Both the position numbers and the translations under genes were made by a program. From Felis catus (taxonomy: Eukaryota), in assembly GCF_018350175.1 (NCBI RefSeq), contig NC_058368.1, positions 130,760,001 through 130,824,000 on the forward strand: 64,000 nt of DNA. Direction: 5' to 3'. This document shows positions 39,910 to 53,284 of the stretch, piece after piece (positions within the stretch are counted from its first letter, which is position 1; every line of letters begins with the position of its first letter). The notes under the pieces were generated by a model. That model did no database searches and was not told the DNA's origin. It saw only the letters and a list, made by a program, of their open reading frames with translations.

Positions 39910-40332
39910 ATGTTTATTCCTAAATACACCACAAAAAAACTGTTAGAATAAACAAATTCAATCAAGTTGCAGGATATAACACCAACATACAAAAATCAGC
40001 TGTATGTCTACATGCTAACAAATATCTGAAAAAGAAATAATCCCATTTACAATAGCTGAAAACAATACTTAGTAACAAATTTAGCAAAGGAGGTGAAATA
40101 TCTATACACTAAAAAGTATAAAACACTGGCCAAAGAAATTGAAGACACAAATAAATGAAAAAGAAATCATGTGTTCCAGGATTGAAAGAATCATTCTTAA
40201 AATGACCACACTACACAAAGCCATTTATAGATTCAACGCATGCTCTATCAAGATTCCTATGACACTGTTATAGTAAAAAAAAAAAATAGTATGATGCTGG
40301 CATAGAAATAGATTCATAGGTCAAAGGAAAAC
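39758..40332 (+). mobile_element. inverted L1 ORF2 segment (5' inversion of the 38040-39762 element)
   Basis: RT-region sequence in opposite orientation, ending where the minus piece begins. Confidence 0.85.
39840..39910. repeat. (TA)n(TG)n microsatellite
   Basis: visible array. Confidence 0.95.
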
Positions 40333-40464
40333 AAAGGATAGTTCATTTAAAAAATAGTTTCAGAACTGTATAAGTCTCAATATAAGTAAACTTCTTAGTA
40401 ATCACTGACTAGCTTATCTTTGAGGACACCAATTATGAGAATCAAGACTTTGTTTTGTTTGAAC

Positions 40465-40735
40465 ATTGTGATCTTTAGTGATGTACATTTTATGAAGAGC
40501 AAAATGCACAAATCCTGATTGAGTAGTTAAATGTCTTTTTACATGTGCACACATAAATTTATGTACCCACCACTCACATGAAAATAGAGAAATTCCCGTC
40601 ACCCAAGAAAGATCACTCATGTTTTCTAGTAAATAGTCTTCTCATGAATAGTAACCACTATTCTGGCTTCATGGAATAGTTTTGGCTGCTCCTGAAATCA
40701 CAGGAAGGGATCAAATACCATGTGTGTACTTTACT
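40465..40735 (-). mobile_element. ancient L1M 3' UTR fragment
   Basis: aaaatgcacaaatc...gtaaccactattctg motifs. Confidence 0.65.
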
Positions 40736-41724
40736 GAGAGTAGCTTTTTTTGCACAAACTATATTAACAAAATTGTTTTAACAAAGCATGCTATAAGTTG
40801 TACATTCCTGTAGTAAATTTATTGGTTTTGAAGAATAAATAAGCTGATATGGGTGATCAGGACAGAGTGCCATTTTTCAGATCATGTTTACCTTATCATC
40901 TTTCACATGGTAAACAACAAATGTTTGTGGAATGAATAAATAATTATCAGTTACTAGATTGCCAGAGGGATCTCTGTCTCTTCTGAGCCCAGAGATTCTA
41001 TTTTTATTCCCCCATTCCCAAATGTAGAGGCAGCTCACAGCAGGCACTCAAAGGATATCTGTCCAATGACCTAATCATTGGCATATTCGAAGGAAATTTT
41101 ACTATTTTTTTCCTTCATAGGTTTCTATATCCTGAGGCTCTGATGCAATGAGATTTTTTGCTTTTAAAATGTATTTAGTTGACAATAAGACATTCATTAG
41201 TTCAATGTCCTCTGAAGTCAGAACTATGCTCAACAAAAAAAAAATCAGATTACAGCACAGTGAACAGTTATCTCCCCTTTACCCCTGTCAATATGAGTGA
41301 CTTTACTCCCTGGAAAAACTGCATAAAGAGAGAATTTAAAATTTTAAAAGGGAGCAGCATTAATATCTGGTATTAGGTATCAGAGAGAATGGAAGTTTAG
41401 CTTAGCGGAAAAAAGTCTGGACCCAAAATTAGATGGTGAGTGCTTGCTGAGATTGCATTATCCCCTGGCTTCCTGACTTCAAATCAATCACCTCTATTGT
41501 TCAGTTCTTAGCTGGTCTCCTACAAAAGCCAGAGGCTCACAAGCATGTGGCAAGAATCATTACAAATCTCTTTTAATTAACACAGATAAACACAACTTTA
41601 CATTTAAATTCAATGAGTATTTTTAATGTTTCTTTTCAAAGCCATCTTGTAGCCTGGACCCAACGATTCTGTTGAGTTGTTTGCTATTAAAAATCCAGTT
41701 TCAATGTCTAAATGATTTTTAAAA

Positions 41725-41915
41725 ACTTTTTAAAATGATTATTTACATTTGAGAGAGACAGAGAATGCTAGTGGTGAAGGGGCAGAGAGAGAAGGAGACA
41801 GAGAATCCGAAGCACTGTCAGTGCAAAGCTCGATGTGGAGCTAGAACCCACGAACTGTGAGATCATGACCTGAGCCAAAGTCAAATGCTCAACCTACTGA
41901 GCCACCCAGGCGCAC
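41725..41915 (-). mobile_element. SINEC
   Basis: TSD tgtctaaa. Confidence 0.93.
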
Positions 41916-42201
41916 CTGTCTAAAGGGTTTTAAGGGTTAAAATATTTTTGTTTTATTTTGTAAAACCAAGAGTATCTTAAAGAGTTTGGGAATTACTCTT
42001 CCTGTTTCTTTATTCACTGCTTGGAGTTTTAGCACTTGGCAAATGCTCTGCATCATACCCATTGAGTCTTCTTTGGTGTCATGTGGACTGTTCTACTGAT
42101 GATGCTCCTTAAGAAACCTGGTTGGACTTAATAAACAAATGTGGATTCAAAACATTACAACAGGAAGCAGTACCAAACCTACAGAGTGGCTGCATAGGGA
42201 C

Positions 42202-42638
42202 TGTTAAGAAGAAAACCACAGGCCCAAAATGACATCACTTAGGCTGAACTCCCAAACCGGGGCTTAATAACTTATCTAATTATAGCTTCAACGTCCCCCA
42301 GAAATGTAGTTTTAAAGGGTCGGTGAGGAGATTTCTGACCGTCACCACCTGAAGTTAGGTGCCATATGGGCCCTGTCTATTTCCTAGAGAAAGATCACAT
42401 AATCTGCAGGTTAAGAACCTCTGCTCTCCCCTGTAAAGGAAAGCAATCTTGCCTGGAACAATGCTTTTCCTTGCTAGTAACTTCCCCGCCCCACACTCCT
42501 TCTTTTAAAAACCTTCCATTTTGTAAAACTCCTTGAAGCTCCCTTCTGCTTGCAAGATGGGCTGCTGGCCCAATGCATGAATCATTTAATAAAGCCAATT
42601 AGATCTTCAAATTTACACAGTTACATTTTTTTGTAACA
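42202..42638 (+). mobile_element. ERV1-class solo LTR
   Basis: TGTT...AACA termini, 437 bp, tttaaaaa TATA-like box near 42505, AATAAA at 42588. Confidence 0.8.
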
Positions 42639-43317
42639 AGATTAATTTGCTGTAATTTAACTACAGAGAAAGGTCAGTATAAATGCCCATATGTTAATTT
42701 TCATACACTGATAAAAAATTTATCATTTGTCTTTGTCTGAACTCCGCTTCCACTTTCACCCCCAACCCTCCTCCCCTATAAACACATGCAAAGTGTTCTT
42801 CACATGATTTGGCCCCAGAAGGCTTAGGATAGAAAGCCTGCATACTCTGCAAGCCATTTTTGGATGTGTTGACATGCAGAATAGTTAATCTGCTCTGTTT
42901 TCTCGGGTCTGGTTTCAAGGATCACCCTGGAGAGCTGAGAACATCTCTTTTTTTCTCTCCATCCTAAATATTATTTCTGTATTCCTATCATTCAGTGAGT
43001 TTCTACCACACTAAATCTAGATATGAGTCACACTTTGTTATGCTTTGGCAAAATGGGATAATTGACATGCAAGTCAGGGAAATGTAGGAGGTTATTTTCT
43101 TTCTTTTTAAATCCCAAGGCTGTGCAATGCTGATTGCTCTATGTAAGAGGAATCTCCTGATTGCTACTTGACAGGTGAGTACCAGGGACAGGGACAGAGA
43201 AACTGCTTTTACAGACCTCAAGATAAGCTTTTCTTCTCGTCCCCTCCATGCTTGCCACCATGCCCACTGGTAGATACATGTTACTTTCTTCTTCAGTGGA
43301 GTGCTAGGATCACTTAC

Positions 43318-43367
43318 AATTTTTACACTTTTTCTTCTTACGTCCAATTTTCCATTCCTTGATATCA
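43318..43367 (-). pseudogene. candidate exon, 50 nt
   Basis: catcctttag|T...ATT|gtaagt; two open frames. Confidence 0.3.
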
Positions 43368-44006
43368 CTAAAGGATGTCTTATTCCTCAATGTTTTTTAC
43401 TGTGTACAATACACAAAGCGAGTTCTAAAGCACACTTGCTTTGGGTGCTAGCGTGAAAATATCTGCTAAGTATTTGCTTCCATCTAAGACTACCCAGCAG
43501 GACTTGTGTTAAGGTCCATTGTAGCAAAAATGAGGAATAATGACATTTCTGCTTTTCCTGAGCCAACAAGATGATGGCAGGTTGGAAAGGTGATATTGAC
43601 CAATCATTGCATGTCATGTCTTTTTTTTTGTTTAATTTTTAAGACCACGACTCATGTTAGGTAAATGCAACCTTTATGTCAAATATGTTGTATTAGCCAC
43701 TGGAGTGGTTAACAAATAGTGGATTCTCTCTCATCTTTCAGTCACATGATAGTATTTTAATTAACCACCTTTCTGCATTCAGCTGTGGCCACATGACATT
43801 CTACTGTGAAAGCAATGCGCAGGGCCCCAGAGAGTGGTTGCTCTGTCAGGGCCCTGAAATTAGCATGAGTTCGCACATAACTCTCTGAAACCCTCAACAG
43901 ACATACAGTATAACAGGATTTAGCCTTGGTTTTCTCTGAGATTTAGTTTCCTTGTTTTCATCACTTTCACTGCCGTAATTGCACACATTTTCCTTTCTTC
44001 ACATAC

Positions 44007-44114
44007 CTTTTTGAAATCCTAAGGGAAAACCTTAGGTACGCCCAGATTTTCAGAAAATTTCTCATTCGCATCAGACATGAAGCCAAAACTTATCTAAGGT
44101 CTACTCAGTAAGAT
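44007..44114 (-). pseudogene. candidate exon, 108 nt, with stops
   Basis: ctttctctttcaatggctag|A...AAG|gtatgt. Confidence 0.35.
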
Positions 44115-44376
44115 CTAGCCATTGAAAGAGAAAGCTTCATTTACTATATTCCTACAGTCATGAGGGATATTTTATGGATGTTTTCCTCAAATTAGGCCCA
44201 CCCTTCCTCTCACAAAAAGTACCCTCAACTTTCATTCAAGTTACTTGGAATTTTTTATGTACCACTTATGTTTACTATAAATGCAGGGGAAAGAATTTTA
44301 TTGACATCCACCAGTACAAAAATCCAACAACCTTTATTTTACTAATCTGTATAACTAAATTTATATGTCCCGTTAC

Positions 44377-44418
44377 CTGTTTAGAATGAAATTGAACTTG
44401 TCCTTCAAAAGGAATCAG
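44377..44418 (-). pseudogene. candidate exon, 42 nt, open
   Basis: tttgtttttgacag|C...CAG|gtaacg; LIPFEGQVQFHSKQ. Confidence 0.4.
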
Positions 44419-44632
44419 CTGTCAAAAACAAACTCCTAAGAATTTCTCATTTTATCTTTATATGGACTTACAAGTTCTCCATTAAAGCTTGTATCATTAT
44501 AGTATGTTCACATTATTTTCCAGAGTAATGCAAGTCCGTTTCCCAGTGCTTCCCAGTATTTGCTTCCCAGCTGATGCTCAACTGACACTTCTCAAGTGAA
44601 TAAGACACTTATTTATGTAAAATTACATGAAT

Positions 44633-44872
44633 GGGGTGACTGAATGGCTCAGTGGGTTGACCATCTGACTCTTGATTTCAGCTTAGATCATGATCCCGGA
44701 TTGTGGGATCAAGCCCCCCATCTGGCTCTGTACTGACCATGGAGCCTGCTTAAGATTCTCCCTCCCTCCCTCCCTCTCTTCCCTCCACCCGCCTCTGCTC
44801 CTCTGCCCCTCTCCCACACTTGCACTCTTTCTCTGTCTAAAAAATAAAAAATAACATAAAATAAAATAAAAC
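44633..44872 (+). mobile_element. older SINEC
   Basis: Can-SINE consensus, A-rich tail. Confidence 0.92.
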
Positions 44873-45565
44873 ACATGTAGACAAGGAAGAACAAGCCCAG
44901 TGAATATTCAAACTTCTCATTATGTAGAAGTGTGACATTTGTGTACACTGTAAAAGCACCTTCCCTTTTCTGTGTCTAAAAAATCCCATGTCTTCTGGAT
45001 GCCCTCAGTGCCCATGCTGGCCTGTGAATCTTTCTGTTGCATATTGGTTCTACTTTGCCATCAGTAAGGCTGATCAAGTATGTAAACCCAATCAATGATT
45101 TTATTCCTGAAGGAATAGATTGGTGATCCTATTTTAATAATCATGAAAACAGTGTAAGGGCCATTACAGTTTGGAGTAAAGCTGTGCATTCTGGCCCAAT
45201 AATGAGAGGCTTGGCTAATGCTACACAGAATATGATTGAAGAGATCGGTCCTGATTTGTCCTAGGATCACCTCCAGACTTGGGAAGGATCATTTGAGGAG
45301 AGCTTGTAGAGTCGAGTCCTGACTTGCTTCCTGCCACAGATACGTTATTGTTATTGTCTTACATTCTGATTGCTTAATATAATATTACCCCATTCACTGT
45401 GGAGATGGTGGTGGAAATGTTGTTTTGTTTTCAGCAAAAATGGATTAGCTGATTCAAATGTTCCCTACACAGCAGCTCTAAAATAGGGCCCTCCTGAAAT
45501 TGTCTTAACAGAATGAGAACAGGAGAATGAGGCCACGAGTACACACTGGAAACTTCTAGGATGAG

Positions 45566-45797
45566 GCATAATAGCAATTAAGAGCATAAGCTCCAGAGTC
45601 ATCAGGTCCAGTTTGAGTTCTTGGCTCTTACACGCTGGATGACTTCAGAGAGGTGACAAGCCTCAGTGTCCCTATCTGTCAAACAGGGACATAATGGTAC
45701 TTAACTTGTAGGGCTATTTTGAGTTTATCACATGATAGAATGCTTGTAAGGTACTTGAGCGCCTGGCACATATGATATATTCAGTAAGTGTTTGCTT
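45566..45797 (+). mobile_element. MIR
   Basis: agcctcagtgtccctatctgtcaaacagggacataat core; gcctggcacata tail. Confidence 0.85.
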
Positions 45798-46779
45798 TAG
45801 TTTGTTTGTTTGCTAATGCTGTTTTGTTTTTATTATTGCAAATAAAAGCTTGATGCCAGAGTTGGAACTGCTCTTTAGCAGCCAAACAAATGAGACCTCT
45901 GGCTCTTTATTTAAACAGTTAAAGACTATGACAGAATCATGTAAATAGTGATTCTCCCATCTCACATATTGTGCCATAGAGTGAACACTCACCCAAAGAA
46001 ATTATGATAAAAAGGAGAAAAAGCATCCCAAATTACTATAAAATGAAGTTAGGCATATGGGGATGGGGGAGCTTTTAGAGATATCAAATACTTGTGCTAA
46101 GAAAATGTTATCAGCTTTAATAAAAATTGCTAGAGGGCAAGCATCCTGTCTGTTTAACTTGTAAATATTGCAGAGCTTCAAAACACAGAACTCTACGTGT
46201 CTGTGTGTATATGGATGCTTTTGATAAGGAATTGAGATGTTAAAGAACAAGCCCAGTGAATATTCAAGTCTCTTTAGGTAACTGAAACAGTGTATATATG
46301 AAATTAAAATATTACGTTATGGACAATACAGTGATAAATGTATCCCTTGCTTGTGTCGTGCATGTGTTGGTTACCTTGGATTTTCATAAATCTGTGGTTC
46401 TGAGTTTTTTCTCTTACTACACATGTTTTCATTTACACCATTATGAGGAACTGATTTTATATTCCACTGCAGCCAGGATACCAAAAGTGACATTTGTTTG
46501 TATAGACAAGGACAAAAATAGTATGGGTACAAGGATGGGATGAACAAACATTCAGAAAACAAACAAAAACTGAGGCAATGGTATGAAGGAGGAGTACAGA
46601 TTTCTAGTGTCATCATCATACACACTCTTTCATGTAGAGGCCACTTTTGTACTTGTATCTTTTCCCCCCAGACGGTAAAACAGGTTTAGAATTATTGTCA
46701 CACTCAGGCCATTTTCCATGGGTGAAGGTCAATAAGGAACGTACCCTAACTTTCATAATAGATACAACACTCTACTATC

Positions 46780-47715
46780 CTTTGTTTCCAAAAATGGCTG
46801 CAACGATAACACCCAATTCACATGACCTTATCCATGTGAATTTTCCAGTTAATAATCAAGAGAGAAAGTCTGTTTCTTCCACTTGAATCTTGACTGGTTT
46901 TACGGCCTACTTTGACAAATGGAATGGACCAGGAGAGAAGGAGTTGACCTTTGATCTGGCCTTAAAAGAAAAGCAAACACTGCCTTTAAATTTTGAAATC
47001 TTCTTCTTGGAACGTAGCCACCATGTGGTGAGGAAGCCCAAGTAGCTATATCAAGATACTGGCAAGGAGGATAAGCAAAGCTGCTGGCTAGGACCTCAGC
47101 TGAGCTCCTTGCTGAAAGCCAGTATAATCTTCCAGGTATAGAACTGAAGCCAGTTAGGATGTTGGAGTCATAGCCGCCAACCGACATGGGAGAAGCCCCA
47201 GCAGGCACTACATGAACCCAAAGTCCCTAACTAAACAAGTGGAATCCTCAACTGTCAGAATCCTGAGCACATCTAAGAATTGTATTTTAAACCACTAAAT
47301 TATTTTCACATGTTTTTATCATGGTATAATCCACATAATAAAAATGGCTATTTTAACCATTTTTAAGTGTACAACTCAGTGGCATTTATTGTGCTTGCAA
47401 GTTTGTGCATTCCTAACTAGGATCTATTCAAAAATCTTTGTGACTGCACCAAATAGCAATCCCAAACCCCTTTAGTAATTCCTCTCATTTCACCCTCTCT
47501 ATAGCCCCTGGTAACCACTAATCTACTTTGTATCTCCATGGATTGGCTTATTCTAGATACTTTAAAGAATCACACAATATCTGTTCTTTTGCATCTGGCT
47601 TATTTTATGTAACACAGTGCTTTCAAGGTTCACCTATGTTGTAGCATATATCAAACCTTATTTCTTTTTATGGCTGAATAACATTCCATTATACACATAA
47701 ATATACTATATACAT

Positions 47716-47765
<50 letters not shown>

Positions 47766-48055
47766 ACACTACATTGTGTTTATCTGCCTGTCTGTTGATG
47801 GTCACTTAGGTTGTTTCCACTTTTTGGTTACTGGGAATAATGTTTCAATTAGCATTGGTGTAAAAGTACCTGTTTTAGTCCCGGTTTTCAATTCTTTTCA
47901 GTAAATACCTAGGAGTGGAATTGCTAGGCCATATGGGAATTCTGTGTTTAACTTCTTGGAGAACTATCACATGGTTTTCCATACTGGCTACTAGTTCCAC
48001 AAGCCACTGATTTAAGGGGTAGGGCTTTGTTTCAACTGTCAAAATAATAAAACAA
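46780..48055 (+). mobile_element. MaLR MLT1-type LTR split by an L1
   Basis: gccaccatgtggtgaggaagcccaag motif; terminus resumes at 48001. Confidence 0.75.
47302..47995 (-). mobile_element. L1MB-like 3' end
   Basis: accatttttaagtgtacaactcagtggcatt 3' UTR; contains (CA)n at 47718-47768. Confidence 0.85.
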
Positions 48056-48495
48056 TATTACATTTATCAACACTGCTACTATTTTGCAATCTCCTGAGGA
48101 TACCACACAAAAAAATCCTAGCATGAGAGAAAAATACATGTCGTTTCCCAACTACATGAAATGTGTCTATATGAAAGCTATCTAACTATCTGAAAGTTCT
48201 AAACCTAGTAAGGTCATCCGTAAAGTCTTAACAAATACCTCTAAGAATACATGAAAGAATTCATATATGAACAATATTCAGTATCAGTAGTTTAGTTCAT
48301 CTATGCACCACATACTGGACTTATTAAATTAACATCTGGTACTACATGTGCCCTCATGGCATTTGATAAGCTGCATGCATCTATTTGTCCACCCAATACT
48401 CTATTGTTCTTTTAGCTCCCTAATACATGAAATTCCCTTTTTTTAAAAAAAAGTTTTTTTAAGCTTCTTGGCTTCAAGCAGGAGGAAGAGAAAGC

Positions 48496-48527
<32 letters not shown>

Positions 48528-49130
48528 GAGAAGGGAAACAGTGTTCTAAAAAATTCATTTCCCCAATTAATATTTAAAAGGTCCAAATAAGTTTGTTAAT
48601 GCTGAATAATAAGTACTCTTAAATAGGCCCATGCATAGTAGTAAATTAAGTATTCAAAGAATCCTATAGGGGAAAAACTGCTTAGCTTCCTTTTTACCCA
48701 GGGTTTGCCAAATTTTTATGACCATGAAGTCTTATTCTCACAAATATAACAAGCCCTAGAATATAAGTTTGCTCCTCTTTGTTATATCAACAACAAAAAT
48801 TTTTATTCTTTCTGGAATTTTCTTAAAATATCATTCAAAACATCCTCAGATTGGTTGATCACACAGTCATAATCTGGATTTATTATACACTAAAAGCTCT
48901 GTGGTTCTGCAATATGTATACTATTTCTACCACTATTCAGAGCTAAACAGTTATCAGGCAAGTAGCATGAATTAATATCTCGTGGGTAAGAGCAACTGTC
49001 TGCAGTCTGTACACCTCTCAGTTTTTCCTGGTTCAGACAAGAGGAGAGACATGTGCACAGGAAGGGGAGAGGGAGCACAGAGAAGCTGTTCTGGGAACAG
49101 AAGTGAAGATAGGACAGACTTACACTAAAG

Positions 49131-49295
49131 CAGCGGTTTTAAACTTTGGCTGCATATACAATTACCTGGGGAACTTTTCCAAATCTCCATGCCCAGGCCA
49201 CATTTCAACTCAATTAAATCAGAAGCTCTGGCCCAGGTAAGTGTAAGTTTAAATCCCGCCAAGTGAAAACGTACATTCAAAGCTAAAAAACAGTT
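49131..49295. mobile_element. MER5A-like hAT-Charlie MITE
   Basis: cagcggttttaaactttggctgca start; 8-bp flanks cactaaag/ctctaaag. Confidence 0.8.
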
Positions 49296-50384
49296 CTCTA
49301 AAGTGATTAGGATAATGGAAGGAACACAGAACAAATCCTAGGCAAACATTTTATCTTTGGGAGATAATGTCAAATCTTTGTTAGACACCAGGGTATTTCA
49401 GAAAGTTTTCCTACCCGTCTGAATAATTCATGCCAACTTTCTATAAATATTGGCTTCTGTATGATTACTCTTCTCTTCTCTAGTAAACTTCAGTAAACTT
49501 GATTTATCTTAATACCTTAGAGGCAAAAGGGTCAGTGTAGAGAGTGCCCAGCTTTCACGCATGGAGGTTTCACTTGGGGATTTGTTTTACCTACTTGCTA
49601 CCATCACGGGATAATTTCTGATTTTTAAACTTGATATTTTGATTACTTTGAAAATAAACAAGAAGGTAGCAATTTCAGGATGAAGAGAGCCTCCAGAACA
49701 GGCATAGGATTCTTCTGCTATCCCTTTATTCCCTAGCCCAAATAGTATTTCTTATACTCTCTCTTGTGAAATCCTGTATTTTCCTAAGGTGCAGCTGAGC
49801 TTTACAGGGCTTTAAAGTCAATGAAAAGCAAGCATCTGATGATGATACTAATGATGCTATAATGTGTTATGTATGGAAATGTACATATAATGTGTGTGTC
49901 TATGGATTATTGCATCAGGTTCAACCCTGTGCCTATGAGACTTCTTTGATTCTAGAAGAGTGAGAAGACTGCACCAGCCCTAACTCCTATTTCAGGGAGG
50001 TAGACCAGAAAGTTTTGTCATCAACTGGATGTTATGCTTCTTACAGAAAAATTATTATGGTCTTTTGACATTTTAGAAGTTTTGAAAGAAATTATCAAAT
50101 TCATTCAAAAGTCTATTCCTATAATGGAATGTGGTATTATATCCTTTTTAAACTCTATATTAGATTTAAGAAACACATGCTGTTAAATGAAAGATAAATT
50201 CAAACAAAAATGTTAACTAAACATTCAGCAACAGAGAATTTTTATAGAAAAGTCACTTATCCTGCAACCTCTTACTGTCAATATATGAAAAATCAGACAT
50301 TTAGTTGGAAATACTGGTTAAGAATGAGAGCTCTCATCCAATTGCACAGGATTACTACCTGACTCTCCAAGTACTAGTGTGCTC

Positions 50385-50393
50385 GTGCTCTCG

Positions 50394-50471
<78 letters not shown>

Positions 50472-50546
50472 AAGATATTTAATTCTTCATGGTTTCTCTT
50501 TTCTCATCTATTAAATGTATACATATATACACACATATATTTTTGA

Positions 50547-50585
<39 letters not shown>
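50385..50585. repeat. compound (CT)n(TG)n and (TA)n microsatellites
   Basis: visible arrays. Confidence 0.93.
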
Positions 50586-50586
<1 letters not shown>

Positions 50587-52279
50587 GCACTCATTATATA
50601 AAGTACTCTTTGAATAGTAAGAACTAAACAAGTGATAGCTATTATTATCACTGCACATGTGGATGATCATTAGATGCAATCATCATTTTGGAAACCAAGC
50701 TCGGCTGAACTTTAAGAAAATATGCCACAACATTTCATAGGGTGGAAGCTTCCACAGAGGCCTTAGGACCATCATAGCTTTCTGTGTCCAATGTACTAAA
50801 AGCCCTATGGATAAGAGAGTGAGATTGCAGGTGTCTCTCAGGTGGAGGTGGGGAACAGTCTGTGGTTAGGGACAGTCAGTGTCTTTGGGATGGTCTGTTC
50901 AGTCTGTCAGTGTATCTAGAATAGTTGCCAGGTATGGAATGGTGACTCTTTACAAAACGGTCACTATTGTACTTGCATATACCTGGAGTGCTAATCCCAT
51001 GGTTGTGTCCAGGCTAGTCAGTATGAAGGAATATTTAGTATTTCTGAAATTTTCTTGGGTGCTAAGTCATTATGGAACCATCACCTCTCAGCTTCAAACT
51101 CACATCGAGACTAGTCTGTGAGACCAATCTGGTCTCGAAATCTAAGCTGATTAGCATGGCTGGGCCATGCACTGTAGGAGGAGGCCAATAACTTGGGGTA
51201 TTGCCCACAAAGTTAAATTCCTCCTACAGCACTTTATCGGAATGGAGACATGTCTGCTCATTAAGGTTGGCTCTGGGAAGGGCCAGCAGGAGTGAGGCTC
51301 TGCAGAGACCAAGCCTTCCATACTCTAGGAAGCAGAGGTGATTGCCAGAGTATGGAAGGCTTGGTCCCAACAAAGTCCCACTTCTCTCTCTCCCCTTATC
51401 TGGGAACAGTGGGACTAAGGTTACATTGGAGCACACATGTGGCTTCCGACACTAGCCCCAGTGTTGCCAGACAAGGGAAGACACAAAAGGAACAATTTGG
51501 GAAATTGATTTTTGCCAGTGTTTCAGGACAAAGAGAGACAGAGACAGAGAGAGAGGGAGGAGAACTAAATCAACTGAAATTATCTAATAAGTCTGGTCTG
51601 TTACAAGGAAGATTAAAATAATTCTTCTTGCTACATATGAGCACAGAACAGTTGTCCCTTTTAGGAACTAAGTAAGATGCCCAGCAGGTTCTCAGTGATG
51701 GGGCAAAATGATAACTGACTCTTTCATTACAAAATGTAAGTGATACGGCTCTGATGTGTTTTTTCTATTTGTTTTCCTAACTCTGTTATCTGTCATTTAA
51801 AGGAATAGTTCTCAGAGGAAAGTGCAAAATGTGCAATCCTCTTCTTATACAAATCCTGAAGGAGGCCTCAGGGTCGCAGGAAGCCCTCAGTCATCTGGGA
51901 AGGAACCAGAAGAGTGAGAAACAGGAGATAATGACTTGTTGTCCACAAGAATATAAGCCACGTAATTCGGGTAAGACCTGGAAATAAGGTACTGGGAGAA
52001 AGCTTTCACTACAGACAAAGCAAGAGGCAGAGAAGAAGTCTGTGATTTCATGTTGTTGGAAGATAAACTCCCTAGGTGATTGGACAGATTTAATTACAGA
52101 ACTCTTCCTGCGTCTAATTTCAAGTTGTACTAAACTGATATTTTACAAAGCACTTTTTAAATACTCTATATTCACTAGCCTTGTAATTGGTTTCCTCCTC
52201 TATGCTCCTTTAGCACTTTGCTTTATTTCAGAAATTATTCTATTTTATTATTTATTCATATATTTGTTTATGATTAACA

Positions 52280-52487
52280 AAAATTTTTTAATGCTTATTT
52301 TGGACAGAGAGAGAGAGAGCATGAGCAGAGGAGGGGCAGAGAGAGAGACACACACACAGAATCCGAAGCAGGTTCCAGGCTCTGAGCTGTCCACACAGAG
52401 CCGGACGTGGGGCTCGAACTCACAGACTGCGAGATCATGACCTGAGTCAAAGTCAGACGCTCAACTGACTGAGCCACCCAGGCGCCC
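52280..52487 (-). mobile_element. SINEC
   Basis: TSD ttgtttatgatt. Confidence 0.95.
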
Positions 52488-52495
52488 TTGTTTAT

Positions 52496-52625
52496 GATTT
52501 TTTTAAGGTAGACTCCACACCCAATGTAGAGCCCAACACTGGGCTTGAACTCATGACCTTGAGATCAAGACCTGAGCTGAGATCAAGAGTTGGAGGCTTA
52601 ACTGACTGAGCCACCCAGGTGCCCC
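52496..52625 (-). mobile_element. short older SINEC
   Basis: head only, no CT tract. Confidence 0.9.
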
Positions 52626-52725
52626 GGTAATTATTTATTATACATCTCTTTCCTATTTCCTCCCTTTGCTCCTGTATAAACATGTGTGTGCATTCATGCA
52701 CATACTCATGTGTGCATAGATGCAG

Positions 52726-53284
52726 AGCAATATTAAGCCAAAAGTTTTAAAGACTCTGAGATTTACCCTACTTGCAAGCTGTTTAGGTTAGTATGACATG
52801 GTTTATCATATTTAGTCCTATTTCTCAGAGTCAAACAGACCATTTGTTAGAGCAAAAACACAGTTGATGAAATGAGGGGTAGTTATTTGTCTGCATGTGC
52901 AATAGTATGTACCCTAAGAGAGGAGCCCCAAATTCAGGAAACTTCAAAAAAAAGTTCCAGAGGCTACTGGTACAAGTGCTTGTCCACACCCCTGAAGGAG
53001 AGAGAAGTCATTAATCTGAAGTATTGGAAACTCCTCTAGGGGAAAGGGAAGACGTCTCTGGATTTATTACATTGAAATGTAAGCAAATGCCACTATGGAG
53101 GCAAAGGAGAAGGCCTATCTTTTCTGCCTTGGGACGTTGACAAGAAGAGACATGTTTCTACATCTCCCGGTACTACACAGTATCTCCAGACTCCAGTGCT
53201 TTTTTCTATTCAAACATGTCCTTTACTCAGAAGCCCTGGAACACGTAGGAACCCAAGAAATCCATGGAGAACTTTCTCTCAACA
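52726..53284 (-). mobile_element. ERVL-class solo LTR (LTR40-like)
   Basis: minus strand starts tgttgagagaaagttctccatgga; gcttgcaagtagggtaaatctcaga near the end. Confidence 0.65.

Larger units (their letters stand above)
2423..44418 (-). pseudogene. putative multi-exon decayed protein-coding gene, product not recognised
   Basis: more than 15 exon-like segments in non-repeat DNA with canonical pyrimidine-AG acceptors and GT donors on the minus strand; several join in phase; many have stops or frameshifts. Extent uncertain. Confidence 0.5.

Noticed and set aside
18529..43356. Shared 14-15-mers (tcaccaacagtaatg at 18529/28485; tccaattttccatt at 18582/43343)
   Set aside because: Matches of this length are expected by chance in 64 kb of AT-rich DNA
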